Positions 27,049-36,603 of a stretch of DNA of 64,000 bases are shown one piece after another. The translations under genes and the position numbers were made by a program. Below the pieces are notes generated by a model. It searched no databases and was not told the DNA's origin. It worked only from the letters and a program-made list of their open reading frames with translations. The DNA is taken from IMG/VR virus record IMGVR_UViG_3300012199_000001, positions 3,598 to 67,597 of that record, one strand, 5' to 3'. Position 1 is the stretch's first letter, and every line of letters starts with the position of its first letter. Source of the DNA: a virus.

Positions 27049-27813
27049 GTGAGTGAAATTATACCGAAGGTTTGTATTAAGTGCAAACAGCCCTTCCCTG
27101 CTACTCGTGAATTCTTCTTTGCAGACAAGAAGACCAAAGATCATTTGAACGGGCGCTGCAAAAAATGCTCCAAGATACGTGACATGAAACCCCCTGATGG
27201 TTTTAAGCGCTGCACTGGATGTGGTCAAGATTTGCCGCGAACTCCTGAATACTTCCATGCTCATCGTAGTCAATCCGATGGGTTTCGTAGTCAGTGTAAA
27301 ACTTGCAGGCAGGAGAAGCCTTGGAGACCGCCTGATCAGCATTCCCGTGACAATATCAACGAGCGACAACGTGCGTATAGGCTGCGTCGTATTGAGATTG
27401 CGCGAGAATATCAGCATCGCTACGAGGCATCTGACCGTGGGCGTGAGACGCATAGTGCTTATAGGGCAAGTCACTCTGAAGCTATACGAGAACGTCAGCG
27501 TCGTTATTATGCGTCTGATCATGGCCGCGAACGTTTCAGATCTGCACGGCGTAGAAGACGTGCGCGCAAACACAATGCTCTTGGCACACACACACCTGAA
27601 GATATCCAGGCGCAATACGAGCGGCAAAAGGGACGTTGCTATTATTGCAACGTTCAGGTTCAGTGGGGGCAGCACCACATCGAGCACGTTGTCCCGTTGT
27701 CGCGTGGAGGCGCGGATGATATGAGTAACATTGTGATTGCCTGTAAGCCATGCAATCTGAAGAAGCATAATAAACTTCCGCACGAATGGCCCGAAGGCGG
27801 ACGTTTGTTGTAG
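27049..27813 (+). CDS. Free-standing HNH endonuclease with two N-terminal zinc-finger repeats
   Basis: CIKC..EFF..RCKKC and CTGC..EYF..QCKTC; QKGRCYYC..HIEHVVPLSRGGADDMSNIVIACKPCNLKK. Confidence 0.93.
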   Translation: MSEIIPKVCIKCKQPFPATREFFFADKKTKDHLNGRCKKCSKIRDMKPPDGFKRCTGCGQDLPRTPEYFHAHRSQSDGFRSQCKTCRQEKPWRPPDQHSRDNINERQRAYRLRRIEIAREYQHRYEASDRGRETHSAYRASHSEAIRERQRRYYASDHGRERFRSARRRRRARKHNALGTHTPEDIQAQYERQKGRCYYCNVQVQWGQHHIEHVVPLSRGGADDMSNIVIACKPCNLKKHNKLPHEWPEGGRLL

Positions 27814-27821
27814 TTTTGCAA

Positions 27822-27851
27822 TAGCATCTCCCATAATAAGCGAGATGCTAC
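27822..27851. terminator. Hairpin downstream of the HNH gene
   Basis: TAGCATCTC..GAGATGCTA stem; no clear U-run. Confidence 0.45.
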
Positions 27852-27911
27852 CAACTCCTACTGTACTTTCTACCAAAATTCTATTCACCCCTTTCTATAC
27901 ATTTATTGCAC

Positions 27912-28103
27912 CTATAAACCGAAGGCAATTTTGATACAGACGATCAGGCAGATGACCGCTGCGAGAAACCACAGGAGCCATGCAAATCCTCCCCCTGCTC
28001 TGGCCTGATAGCCTGGGATGGCATACCCTATCAGACAAATCAGCAGAGCTACAAAGACGAGTGCAAAGTGCGCGGTCAGGATGTTCTCAAAAAAAGTTGC
28101 CAT
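27912..28103 (-). CDS. Small two-TM membrane protein
   Basis: AGGAGGT SD; two hydrophobic helices. Confidence 0.7.
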   Translation of the reverse strand: MATFFENILTAHFALVFVALLICLIGYAIPGYQARAGGGFAWLLWFLAAVICLIVCIKIAFGL

Positions 28104-28119
28104 GCTACCTCCTGATCAA

Positions 28120-31100
28120 TCAGTAGTCATTTGCTACGACGCTCCATTGCGGAGTTGTTGGCGACATTACGCCGTTGCTCACTCCTGGCTCAAGCGACCC
28201 TGCGACCCACACCTTTCCGAATAATTGAGCAGGCCATGACCCAATCACACGGAAGCGCGCATAGTAGTAGGTGCCGGTAGGAATGACTGCTACAGCGGTT
28301 GAGAGTGTAGTAGCAACACCTCCGATCTTCTTGATAATCGAGACTCCTGTCGTGCTCACTGCCAGCCTGTAGAAGTTGTTGGCATCAACGTAGCGCACCT
28401 CAGGACCACCCTGGATCGTTGAGGCTGATAATTGTTCGCGCACCGTTGTCTCCATATCAGTCCCAGTACGGCTCCCTAGCACCATATGCACATCACCAGT
28501 CGTATTGGTGATCGTGGCTTCGTTGGAGGCGATAGCATCAGTGCCAGTGCCAGTCTTGACCCACGTCTGAGTATCCTGTGCTGTACCCCATCCAGACTGA
28601 TTACCGCGTACTGTATTATCGATCCCGAGTGGTGCGGTTGAGCGCGTACCTGTCACAGAGGGGTATGCGCCGCAGACGCGTATGTAGAGTCCTGAGACAA
28701 TGGGACTGACCAGAAATCCGGTAGCAGCGAGGATGACCTGGATGGTAAGCGATTTGCCAACAGTGCTCGTTCCAACAGGCAGACCTGGAATGATGGCATC
28801 GGGTGTCACTGCTCCATTCGTACATTGTTGCCAGGTTGTGCCACCGTTGAGGGAGGCCATCACTGCGATAGTGGACTGAGTATTGCCGCGCAAGTTGATT
28901 TCCGACCAGCAGATTTGTGTATTACCGCAGGTTCCTAGACTGTTCAGGCTGATTGCTGGTGAGGTCCAGAGACCGGCAAAGGTATTCGTCACGCTGAAGT
29001 TGGCGATTTTTGCAGTGCCTGCACTAGAGTTTTGTGCATAGGTGCGCAGTCCGATATTCCCGGCAGCAGTATAGGTATTGTCGAGGATATCAATGATGGG
29101 CGAGGAGCCGCCATTCCAGTAGACGGTATGCCTATTCTGCCCAACAACCAGCTTGAGGTGATAGGTGACATTGTTGGTAATCGTTTCGGCTATTTTTTTG
29201 ATAACGGTGAATGGCCCTGATGAATTTAGCCCTGGTGTAGATGGGGGGTTATTGTAGCCGAACCCGAGTGTGACAGAAGGCCCGCCTGCTCCACTTCCCT
29301 GCTGAATGCTCACATAATAGGCGAAGCTATTGTTAGGAGATCCCCAGTAGGTTTGTCTGTACAGAAAACCTACTTCGTTTTGCAGAGGGCTCCCTCCGCC
29401 ATTGAGAGTAAAGTCTGCTTCAGCAGTAAAGTTCTGGACAGCCGCAATAAAGTTGAAGCGTGACGCAGACCATGCGTTCCCGCTCGATCCTCCTGTCGAT
29501 GGTGTTGATACCGTGTATGCCCCTCCTGAAACAGATTGAGTTGGATTACTCGCATTCGTATTCCCAGGAACCCAGGTCATATTACCGAGATTTGCCCAAC
29601 TATAGGAGGTAGTGCCCAGAACTAAATCCCCATTTGCGTTAGGCGCTGTCCCTTGCTCAGTTCCAGTGTTCCACGCAGCAGTCGATCCATAGAGGGTCAC
29701 GCTGTCAGCGGTGGAAGCATTCACCGCTGAAGCGATGGAGATGTTGACGGAGAGGAGCGACGGAATAGCCGTTGGGTCCTGTCCGCCTGAGAAGGTCTCT
29801 AACAGGTAGAGCGAGAGGCCAGTCACATTTGCCCCTGCTGGAAGTCCCGGTAACGGTTGGTTGTTTGTGCAGGGGAGCCAGGTGGTTCCATCGTAACTGG
29901 CAAAAATATCTGTACTGCCAGCGACAGTCGCGCCACCAGGACTTCCCAGGATTACCCCAGGCCCAACTGTTGGGATGGTTGCTATCCAGGTGAGGAGCGA
30001 GCTTTTTACCAGTTTTACTACATCGATGCTATAGGCAGGAGAGATACGTGAGCATATTGCTGGATCATAGACTGGAACCACCGTAACAAATGTCGCAGCC
30101 GTGATATACGCACCTATCGACGCAACTACGGGCGGATTAAGTGTAGGGGTCGTCTGAGTTGTCCCAAAGAAGGGAGTACCTGAATGGCTCCCGAGATAGC
30201 AGTTTTTGATATAGATATCAAAGACGCCTGCAATGTTTGCTGCATTGAAGATTGCAACTCCAGTAATGACTTTTCCCGAGAGGATACCAAGGTTGATTTG
30301 ACGTGTGTACCACGTGTCTCGTGCATGATCAGAGAGATCCTGAATAGGCGATCCGGAGACGAGATTCTGATCCCAGACCCCCACATCAAAGTTTGTATCT
30401 AGCGACCCTAGATACTCAGTTAGGGCCGTCCCGTCGTTGAAATAGAGTTCAACCCCTCCTTCCTGCGATGGAGAGGAGGAGGCAATCCAGATATCGTAGA
30501 AGAGGGTATCATTAACCCCGATGGTATAGCTACCAGTCCAGATCATTGCATCGACACGATTATCCGCAACTGCCGCATCGACGGTAATAACGCCGAAATG
30601 GGACTCATCGATCTTGACCTTGCTCTTGAGTTTTGGCTGATAGAGTTGAGTGACCGTCGATGAAACCGTTGTTGAAAAGGGCAGGGTCGCACCTGAAGAA
30701 AAGGGCAGGGTCGCAGAAGTTGAGAAGGGCAGGGATGCACCTGTTGAGAAGGGCAGGGTTGGGTTCGTCGAAAACGAGGTGTTCACTGTTGTATTCAGGT
30801 TTCCTGTGGGATTGAGCGTTACTCCACTTCCACTGAAGGTTGCACTTTCGCCAGGGCTCCCACTAGAAATAGAGATGTTTCCAGACGGTGTATAGCTTGT
30901 AGAGGTGTTCAGCGATACGTTCAGGTTTCCTGATGGATTTGCGCTCACTGTACCACTCGCGTTCCCGCTGACCGTGCCGCTTGCCGTACCGCTCACTGTA
31001 CCACTCGCGTTCCCGCTGACCGTGCCACTGGCACTCCCGCTTGCCGTACCACTTGCCGTTTGCTGAGCTTGAGCAAACTCGACGCCATAGGCAAAGGAGA

Positions 31101-31719
31101 GGGTTGACTGCATCTTGATCGCGTTGACGGTTGTTGGCTTGAGTGCATTTGCCGAGGCACTCATGTTTGCCAATGTGCCAGTTGCAAATTGCGCTGTTGT
31201 ACTCTCTGCAATCGAGAGGTCAGCGCCTGCTGGAGTCAGTTCGAGGTCTCCATCCCCTGCCAGGGATCGCCCAGTTGTCCCACTCAAGATGCCCATGTTG
31301 AAATCGGCTGGAGTACTATCGTAGTTGAGTGCAAAGTTTTGACCAATACCTTCAGCGAGCAACACGTCATTTAACTGATCAACTACAAGCTTTCCCGCTG
31401 GCTGCGGCGTTGTGTAGACACGCGTATAGGTTCGTTTGCCTGCTGCATAGACTCCCCATCCAACACAATCGATACTATGCAGGATTGCGCCTGATGGATA
31501 ATAAGGGGTCTCCTTATCGGAGTTGATGACTCCATCAAAGATCGTCCCGCGCACCGGATCAGTAAGCAGCACCTGCTCACCCTTCACAAAATGCGTTGTT
31601 CCCGCATAATCAATGATGTCACATTTGAAACGATGCCGCTCATCTAACGTTTCTATATTATCAAATTGATCTTCGATCATCGTATAAGACATATTGCCAA
31701 TTGTTAGCATTGTAGCCAT
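28120..31719 (-). CDS. Tail-tip protein: N-terminal hub half plus carbohydrate-binding-like domains
   Basis: Directly after tape measure; IFDGVI..IDCVG..KRTY..AGKLVVDQL..EGI hub-like start; lectin-like beta domains. Confidence 0.85.
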   Translation of the reverse strand: MATMLTIGNMSYTMIEDQFDNIETLDERHRFKCDIIDYAGTTHFVKGEQVLLTDPVRGTIFDGVINSDKETPYYPSGAILHSIDCVGWGVYAAGKRTYTRVYTTPQPAGKLVVDQLNDVLLAEGIGQNFALNYDSTPADFNMGILSGTTGRSLAGDGDLELTPAGADLSIAESTTAQFATGTLANMSASANALKPTTVNAIKMQSTLSFAYGVEFAQAQQTASGTASGSASGTVSGNASGTVSGTASGTVSGNASGTVSANPSGNLNVSLNTSTSYTPSGNISISSGSPGESATFSGSGVTLNPTGNLNTTVNTSFSTNPTLPFSTGASLPFSTSATLPFSSGATLPFSTTVSSTVTQLYQPKLKSKVKIDESHFGVITVDAAVADNRVDAMIWTGSYTIGVNDTLFYDIWIASSSPSQEGGVELYFNDGTALTEYLGSLDTNFDVGVWDQNLVSGSPIQDLSDHARDTWYTRQINLGILSGKVITGVAIFNAANIAGVFDIYIKNCYLGSHSGTPFFGTTQTTPTLNPPVVASIGAYITAATFVTVVPVYDPAICSRISPAYSIDVVKLVKSSLLTWIATIPTVGPGVILGSPGGATVAGSTDIFASYDGTTWLPCTNNQPLPGLPAGANVTGLSLYLLETFSGGQDPTAIPSLLSVNISIASAVNASTADSVTLYGSTAAWNTGTEQGTAPNANGDLVLGTTSYSWANLGNMTWVPGNTNASNPTQSVSGGAYTVSTPSTGGSSGNAWSASRFNFIAAVQNFTAEADFTLNGGGSPLQNEVGFLYRQTYWGSPNNSFAYYVSIQQGSGAGGPSVTLGFGYNNPPSTPGLNSSGPFTVIKKIAETITNNVTYHLKLVVGQNRHTVYWNGGSSPIIDILDNTYTAAGNIGLRTYAQNSSAGTAKIANFSVTNTFAGLWTSPAISLNSLGTCGNTQICWSEINLRGNTQSTIAVMASLNGGTTWQQCTNGAVTPDAIIPGLPVGTSTVGKSLTIQVILAATGFLVSPIVSGLYIRVCGAYPSVTGTRSTAPLGIDNTVRGNQSGWGTAQDTQTWVKTGTGTDAIASNEATITNTTGDVHMVLGSRTGTDMETTVREQLSASTIQGGPEVRYVDANNFYRLAVSTTGVSIIKKIGGVATTLSTAVAVIPTGTYYYARFRVIGSWPAQLFGKVWVAGSLEPGVSNGVMSPTTPQWSVVANDY
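30655..31060 (-). repeat. Paired 8-aa repeat arrays (SGTVSGNA-like and TLPFSTGA-like)
   Basis: ASGTASGSASGTVSGNASGTVSGTASGTVSGNASGTVS..TLPFSTGASLPFSTSATLPFSSGATLPFST; 24-bp DNA periodicity. Confidence 0.85.
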
Positions 31720-31775
31720 ATTGCGCTGCCCCCTTCCCTAAAATATAATGCTATGTGCATGGTTACATCTAATAC

Positions 31776-34700
31776 TCAAATCGACCTAACATTTCCTTGC
31801 ACCCGAACTTCTCGCTGTTGATATTGCATAGCAACCTTGCCGATAACCTTGCCATCAACCTGCATGTAGATCACCATAGGTTGTCCTTGAGAAGATGCTG
31901 AGATGCCTGCTGCCGTTGAGGGTGAAGCACTGATCGTTGGAGAAAGAAGTGCTCCAGAAAGAACGCTTGCGACCTTCCCTGTCACAGCAGAGAGTCCCGG
32001 CATGCCAGCCTGCATACCTCCTGTGATGTTCTCCATAAAGTGCTTGCCCCAGAGATCGTCGTCCTTGAGTGGACCTTCCTTTGGTTTGCTATGTCCGAGT
32101 ACTGCGGCTATTTGAGCGGCAGTCGCAGCAAGAGACGCCTGTACGCCAGAAATCGCACTTGCTACCCCGGCCTGAAATTGATGAATAGCCCCCTGCCATG
32201 CGCCGCCTTTCAAATCATCCAACGCCCACTGGAACTCTGTACGAGAAGTTGCAAAAGCATTACTTGCTAGTTTTGACTCATTGACCATTTTGCTGTATGA
32301 CGCACTCACTGTTTGTGCTGCTGATTGCGCGGAGCCTGCCATTTGTGACGAGTTCTGCACAATCGTTGTCTTCAGTGTCGAATGCGCAGATGCTGTCTGC
32401 TGGGAGGAAGAGACAACTTGCTGATTGGCATTGGTAATAGTCTGTCCGGTTGTTTGTGCACCAGAGGCGGCACCTTGCATCGCAGACTGAATAGTAGACA
32501 TTGAGGACTGCACCTGCGATGCAACCGCAGGTGCCTGCGTCCCTATTGCACCGAGGGCCGCACCAGTTGCCGCAGATGAAACCTGTACGTTGTTGCTGAT
32601 GGCAGACATGGCTGACGAGACATTTGTTCCTGCCTGAGACAGTTTGTTTTGCATGCTCGTAACACCATTTGTTACGTCATTATTCATCTTATTCATTGAA
32701 CCGGAAATGCTGCCTGCAAGTGCATCTGTCGCAAGAGTTACTTTCGGGGTATTGTTGGTAATGCCTGATGCAAACATAGTCATCATGTTTGGCATCCACT
32801 TGTCAGAGGTGGAGAGAGGCCCTTCCTTTGCGGGAGAGCTTATGCCTAGAAAGTTTTTAATGGCCGTTCCTACGTTGGAGACAGCATCAGTTACCCAGTG
32901 AACTGCACCAGTGATTGAGTCTGCGAAGCCTTTGATCAGGTTGGTTCCCCAGGTTTTTAGCTCATTCAAGCGATCTGTTCCCCAGGTTGTTATCCACTTC
33001 CCGATACCTGTGAGGATACTCATGATGGATGCAGGTATTTTGCCGAACCAGCCGATGATTGCGTTGATCATATCTGGAATAATAGAATGCCCAACAAGAT
33101 CGTTATAGAGGTTGGTGAAGAAGGTTACTACCCCCTGCACGAAGCCAGAGACAAATCCTATGATAGCATTGAAGGCACCTGAAAAGATGCCAATCATGGT
33201 ATTCATGATGCCCAGTCCCATGTCTACTATGCCCTGCCAGATGACTCCCAGATCGTCTCCGAGCTTGCTCCACTTTCCTGTAAAAAGATCATAGAAAAAT
33301 GTCAGTATTCCCATAACAGTCTGTACAAATCCGCTGATAAACTGGATGACCCCGCCTAGTGCCTGAATGATCCCTTGGAGGAGCCCTCCCAATCCTTTGA
33401 TAACTCCTGTAATGACCCCAACTAGGAGTCCGAGCGCGACGAGCAGTACCCCTCCGATGAACTTTGCTAGATCTGCCAGGAAGGGTAGAGCAGGCTTAAT
33501 CGCCGCCATCAGATGATCCCAGGCGGGTTTTACCTGGGTCTCGAAGGTTTCTGCAAGTTGTTTAAAGACCGGCTGAAGGGATGAGCTGATTGCATTGATT
33601 ACCTGGGAAAGAATGCTGATATATACTTTTACTGCCCCTGCCAATACCTCCCAGATGACCTTGATTACTCCAGAAGTTGCTATCCATTTCGTCATTGCCG
33701 CCTCTAGCTGAAATATTCCTATGATGAGACCTGCGATAAAGAGTCCCACAGGCTTGAGGGTAATTGCGAGGTTGAGCAGGGCTGGCAAGAGTTGCGATTG
33801 AACAGTCTTCCAGATCGATTGAAATGCAGTGATTGCGCCTTCCACACTCTGCTTGAGAACGGAAAACTGATCCTTGATAATACCCACAACCGCCTGAATA
33901 ATAGGTGCAAGATCCTTTGCGGCCTTACCAGAGGTGATCCACCTTGTTATCGCGATAACGATGTTATCAATAAACAGGACAACCGAGGTCGCACCCTGAA
34001 TCAAAGCCTTGAGTCCTGCAATCAAGCTATCCCAGACGGTTTTGAGGATGTGACTCTGGACAATCCACTTGCCAAATTCAGTCACAATCTTAGCGACAGC
34101 TCCGATGAGCCCTGCAATAATGAGGCCGCTCAATACCTTCAGATCGTCTCCGAGCCCCCGAACAGTAATCTTAAAGTAGTTCCACGCGGGAATGATTTGA
34201 GATTGAAAGGTTTGTGACATATAGGTGAAGGCAGGTCGCAGAAAGTTGACAATATTTCCAAATATACCTGTAATCACAGACCAGATGTTTTTTGCCGCAG
34301 TAGCGATAGGGCTCAGTGCCTGGGGAACTTTATTCGCGGCCTTTGCCGCTGCCGTAGGAATCTGATCGAGAAGCTTATTCATAGCATCGACAGCAGCCGT
34401 AGCAGGCGAAACGTCCGGCATAATCTTGGATAGTGCAGCCTTTGTCTTTGCAGCGACCGTTGCGGCATGTACAGGAAGAGCATTGAGTGCATTCCCTAGC
34501 GCACTGGTCGCGCCAGTAAGGGATGACGCTTTGCTCGCAAGATCCTTTGCCAGTCCGCTAGTCAGGGTGTCACTCACACATTTACTGGCGGTAGCGGCAT
34601 GAGTAGTGCAAAGATCATTGAGTTTGGCTCCGACCCCTGTAATCGCCGACTGGAGACCTCCTAGCGCAGGAGAAACGGTGTTCCCAGTCCCCTTTGCAGC

Positions 34701-36374
34701 AGCATTCCCTCCCTGCGCATTCACCCCTTCAGTCACAGATACCTTGAGTTGGTCACCATCGGCTGTTTGTAATTGTCCAGAGTTGATAAGCGCCCCTGGC
34801 GAGAACTGCCGTCCCACCTGACTAATAATCTGTGTTGTTGCATCAGTGATATGGTGGATGCCTAACTTCATGCCACTGGCAACACCCTGGACCAGTCCTT
34901 CGCCCCATTTCAGAATATTCTGCCCTGGCCCTTTGCGAGCAGGAGAGGCGAATCCGAGATAGGCTTCGATTTCGGTTACGACTCCGACAACAATGTTGAT
35001 GATATCGGAGAGAACGCTCATTACTCCATTGCCGAAGCCCGCCATGAAATTTTTGCCCCAGGCCACTGCTGATGCTGCAAGATTATCAAAGATAGGCCCA
35101 ACCACCGACCAGACTTGTGAGACGACATTGCCAAATTGTGTCAGGATATCGATTACCCACTGGACAGCAGTGACGACGGCACCCAACGCATTCTCGACAA
35201 AATGCGTCCTCTCTTCCCACGCAGTAAAACTGGTGATAACATTCGTAATCCATCCCACAACTTTGCCAAAAATAGGCAGCAGCTCATTTCCTAGCGTGAT
35301 CAGTAGTGCATCACTTGCAGCCTTCATGCGCGACATCTGGAAGTTGAACCCCTCTGAGGCCACAGCGAATGACATCGCAAGGGCTCCCTGCGAATGGTTG
35401 AGCGCGTCGAGATTGCTTGAATACGCCTTGACTCCAGTAGAAAGGGCATCGAATGCCTTGAGCGCTGTTGCGTTATTGCTCATGAGGGCGAGCAGCTTCT
35501 GCTTGTTCCCGTCAGTAATCTGGTTGAGGTAGGCCATTTTATCAGCCAGGTTCATTGAACTATATGCCTGCTCGTTAAAGGCGATGCCAAGCTTCTTTGC
35601 GTGTGCCGCTAATACATCCGTCTTAATGGCAACGGAGGTAAACAGGTTTGATAGATACGTCTGCGCTTTTTGCGCGTTAAACCCCTCATTCGTCATCGTG
35701 GAAAGTGCGGCACTTGCCTCAGTGAATGAGACGCCCGTTCCCTGGATGCTCACTGCAAGCTTAGAAATGACGTTCTTGTACTGATCCCACTGCATATTGC
35801 CTAACTGGACAGTCTTGTCCATAATATCGAATATGTTGGTCATGCGTGCAGTATTGGTTGCGGCGTTATCCGTTGCCAACCCAAGTGCGTTAAACACGCC
35901 GACAGCCGCATTCGCAACCGCTGTACCATCAACAGTTGTTCCTGCAACTGCCTGAAATGACATCTTTAGGGTGTCGAGAGCAATAGCAGATTTTGCTGCC
36001 TGATCAGTGATACCGCTAAATGCTGAGAGGATCGGGTAGAGCGCTTCAGCCAAATCGGTTGGTGAGCGCCCTACGGCAACCGACATATCCATGATAGACT
36101 TCGTGACTTTATCGACCTGATCTTTGGCGAGACCTGCATGAGCGACATTGGAAAGCATCGCTTGCTGAAAATCACCTGCCGCCTTCGTTGCTGCAATACC
36201 TATGCCTGCAATAGCAACACCTGCCGCCGCTGCCGCACCAACAACAGCCCCCAGGATGCCATCTCCTGCGAGCCCTTTCAGCCCGTCAGCGATAGCTTTA
36301 ACGACAGACGTAGCTCCGTCAACAGCAGTGATATTCAAAAAGAGGCTTAAAGCACTATCCCCTGCTGCCATCAA
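31776..36374 (-). CDS. Tail tape measure protein (TP901-type N-terminus)
   Basis: 1532 aa, Ala/Gly-rich; LAEALYPILSA..DKTVQLG; repeated LG(F/I/H)SSPAKxGP; W/F periodic helices. Confidence 0.95.
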   Translation of the reverse strand: MMAAGDSALSLFLNITAVDGATSVVKAIADGLKGLAGDGILGAVVGAAAAAGVAIAGIGIAATKAAGDFQQAMLSNVAHAGLAKDQVDKVTKSIMDMSVAVGRSPTDLAEALYPILSAFSGITDQAAKSAIALDTLKMSFQAVAGTTVDGTAVANAAVGVFNALGLATDNAATNTARMTNIFDIMDKTVQLGNMQWDQYKNVISKLAVSIQGTGVSFTEASAALSTMTNEGFNAQKAQTYLSNLFTSVAIKTDVLAAHAKKLGIAFNEQAYSSMNLADKMAYLNQITDGNKQKLLALMSNNATALKAFDALSTGVKAYSSNLDALNHSQGALAMSFAVASEGFNFQMSRMKAASDALLITLGNELLPIFGKVVGWITNVITSFTAWEERTHFVENALGAVVTAVQWVIDILTQFGNVVSQVWSVVGPIFDNLAASAVAWGKNFMAGFGNGVMSVLSDIINIVVGVVTEIEAYLGFASPARKGPGQNILKWGEGLVQGVASGMKLGIHHITDATTQIISQVGRQFSPGALINSGQLQTADGDQLKVSVTEGVNAQGGNAAAKGTGNTVSPALGGLQSAITGVGAKLNDLCTTHAATASKCVSDTLTSGLAKDLASKASSLTGATSALGNALNALPVHAATVAAKTKAALSKIMPDVSPATAAVDAMNKLLDQIPTAAAKAANKVPQALSPIATAAKNIWSVITGIFGNIVNFLRPAFTYMSQTFQSQIIPAWNYFKITVRGLGDDLKVLSGLIIAGLIGAVAKIVTEFGKWIVQSHILKTVWDSLIAGLKALIQGATSVVLFIDNIVIAITRWITSGKAAKDLAPIIQAVVGIIKDQFSVLKQSVEGAITAFQSIWKTVQSQLLPALLNLAITLKPVGLFIAGLIIGIFQLEAAMTKWIATSGVIKVIWEVLAGAVKVYISILSQVINAISSSLQPVFKQLAETFETQVKPAWDHLMAAIKPALPFLADLAKFIGGVLLVALGLLVGVITGVIKGLGGLLQGIIQALGGVIQFISGFVQTVMGILTFFYDLFTGKWSKLGDDLGVIWQGIVDMGLGIMNTMIGIFSGAFNAIIGFVSGFVQGVVTFFTNLYNDLVGHSIIPDMINAIIGWFGKIPASIMSILTGIGKWITTWGTDRLNELKTWGTNLIKGFADSITGAVHWVTDAVSNVGTAIKNFLGISSPAKEGPLSTSDKWMPNMMTMFASGITNNTPKVTLATDALAGSISGSMNKMNNDVTNGVTSMQNKLSQAGTNVSSAMSAISNNVQVSSAATGAALGAIGTQAPAVASQVQSSMSTIQSAMQGAASGAQTTGQTITNANQQVVSSSQQTASAHSTLKTTIVQNSSQMAGSAQSAAQTVSASYSKMVNESKLASNAFATSRTEFQWALDDLKGGAWQGAIHQFQAGVASAISGVQASLAATAAQIAAVLGHSKPKEGPLKDDDLWGKHFMENITGGMQAGMPGLSAVTGKVASVLSGALLSPTISASPSTAAGISASSQGQPMVIYMQVDGKVIGKVAMQYQQREVRVQGNVRSI

Positions 36375-36603
36375 GCATCCTTTGCCGTTTCATATCGTGC
36401 TCCTGCTGTTCGTGCATTTCTGCTTCAGCCTGCCATTTCGCCACCAGGCGTATGTGATGCCTGAGCACTTTGATCATTGGCGTTGCCATGTATCCGTGAT
36501 ACCCTCCAAACATCGTATAGAGTTCAGCCTCTATGATTTCAGCAGGGACAGACTCGTCAAGCTTGAGCTTTCCACTGTATGCCCGTTTGCAGAGTCCAAA
36601 AAA
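36355..36603 (-). CDS. Tail assembly chaperone, -1 frameshift extension (gpGT-like)
   Basis: Slippery T TTT TTG at 36603-36597; the -1 frame is open to 36355 and overlaps the tape measure start. Confidence 0.75.
   Translation of the reverse strand, partial: FFGLCKRAYSGKLKLDESVPAEIIEAELYTMFGGYHGYMATPMIKVLRHHIRLVAKWQAEAEMHEQQEHDMKRQRMLDGSRG

Noticed and set aside
26913-27137. N-terminal 75 aa of ORF 26163-27137
   Set aside because: Overlaps the HNH start and promoter on the opposite strand; the SD points to a start at 26912
27001-27888. 295-aa minus-strand ORF with a nearby SD
   Set aside because: Mirror of the HNH gene at 27049-27813 with antisense-like composition
19101-28396. 28-nt near-duplicate as a DGR template/variable repeat
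   Set aside because: Too short, no reverse transcriptase in the window, and explained by paralogous lectin domains
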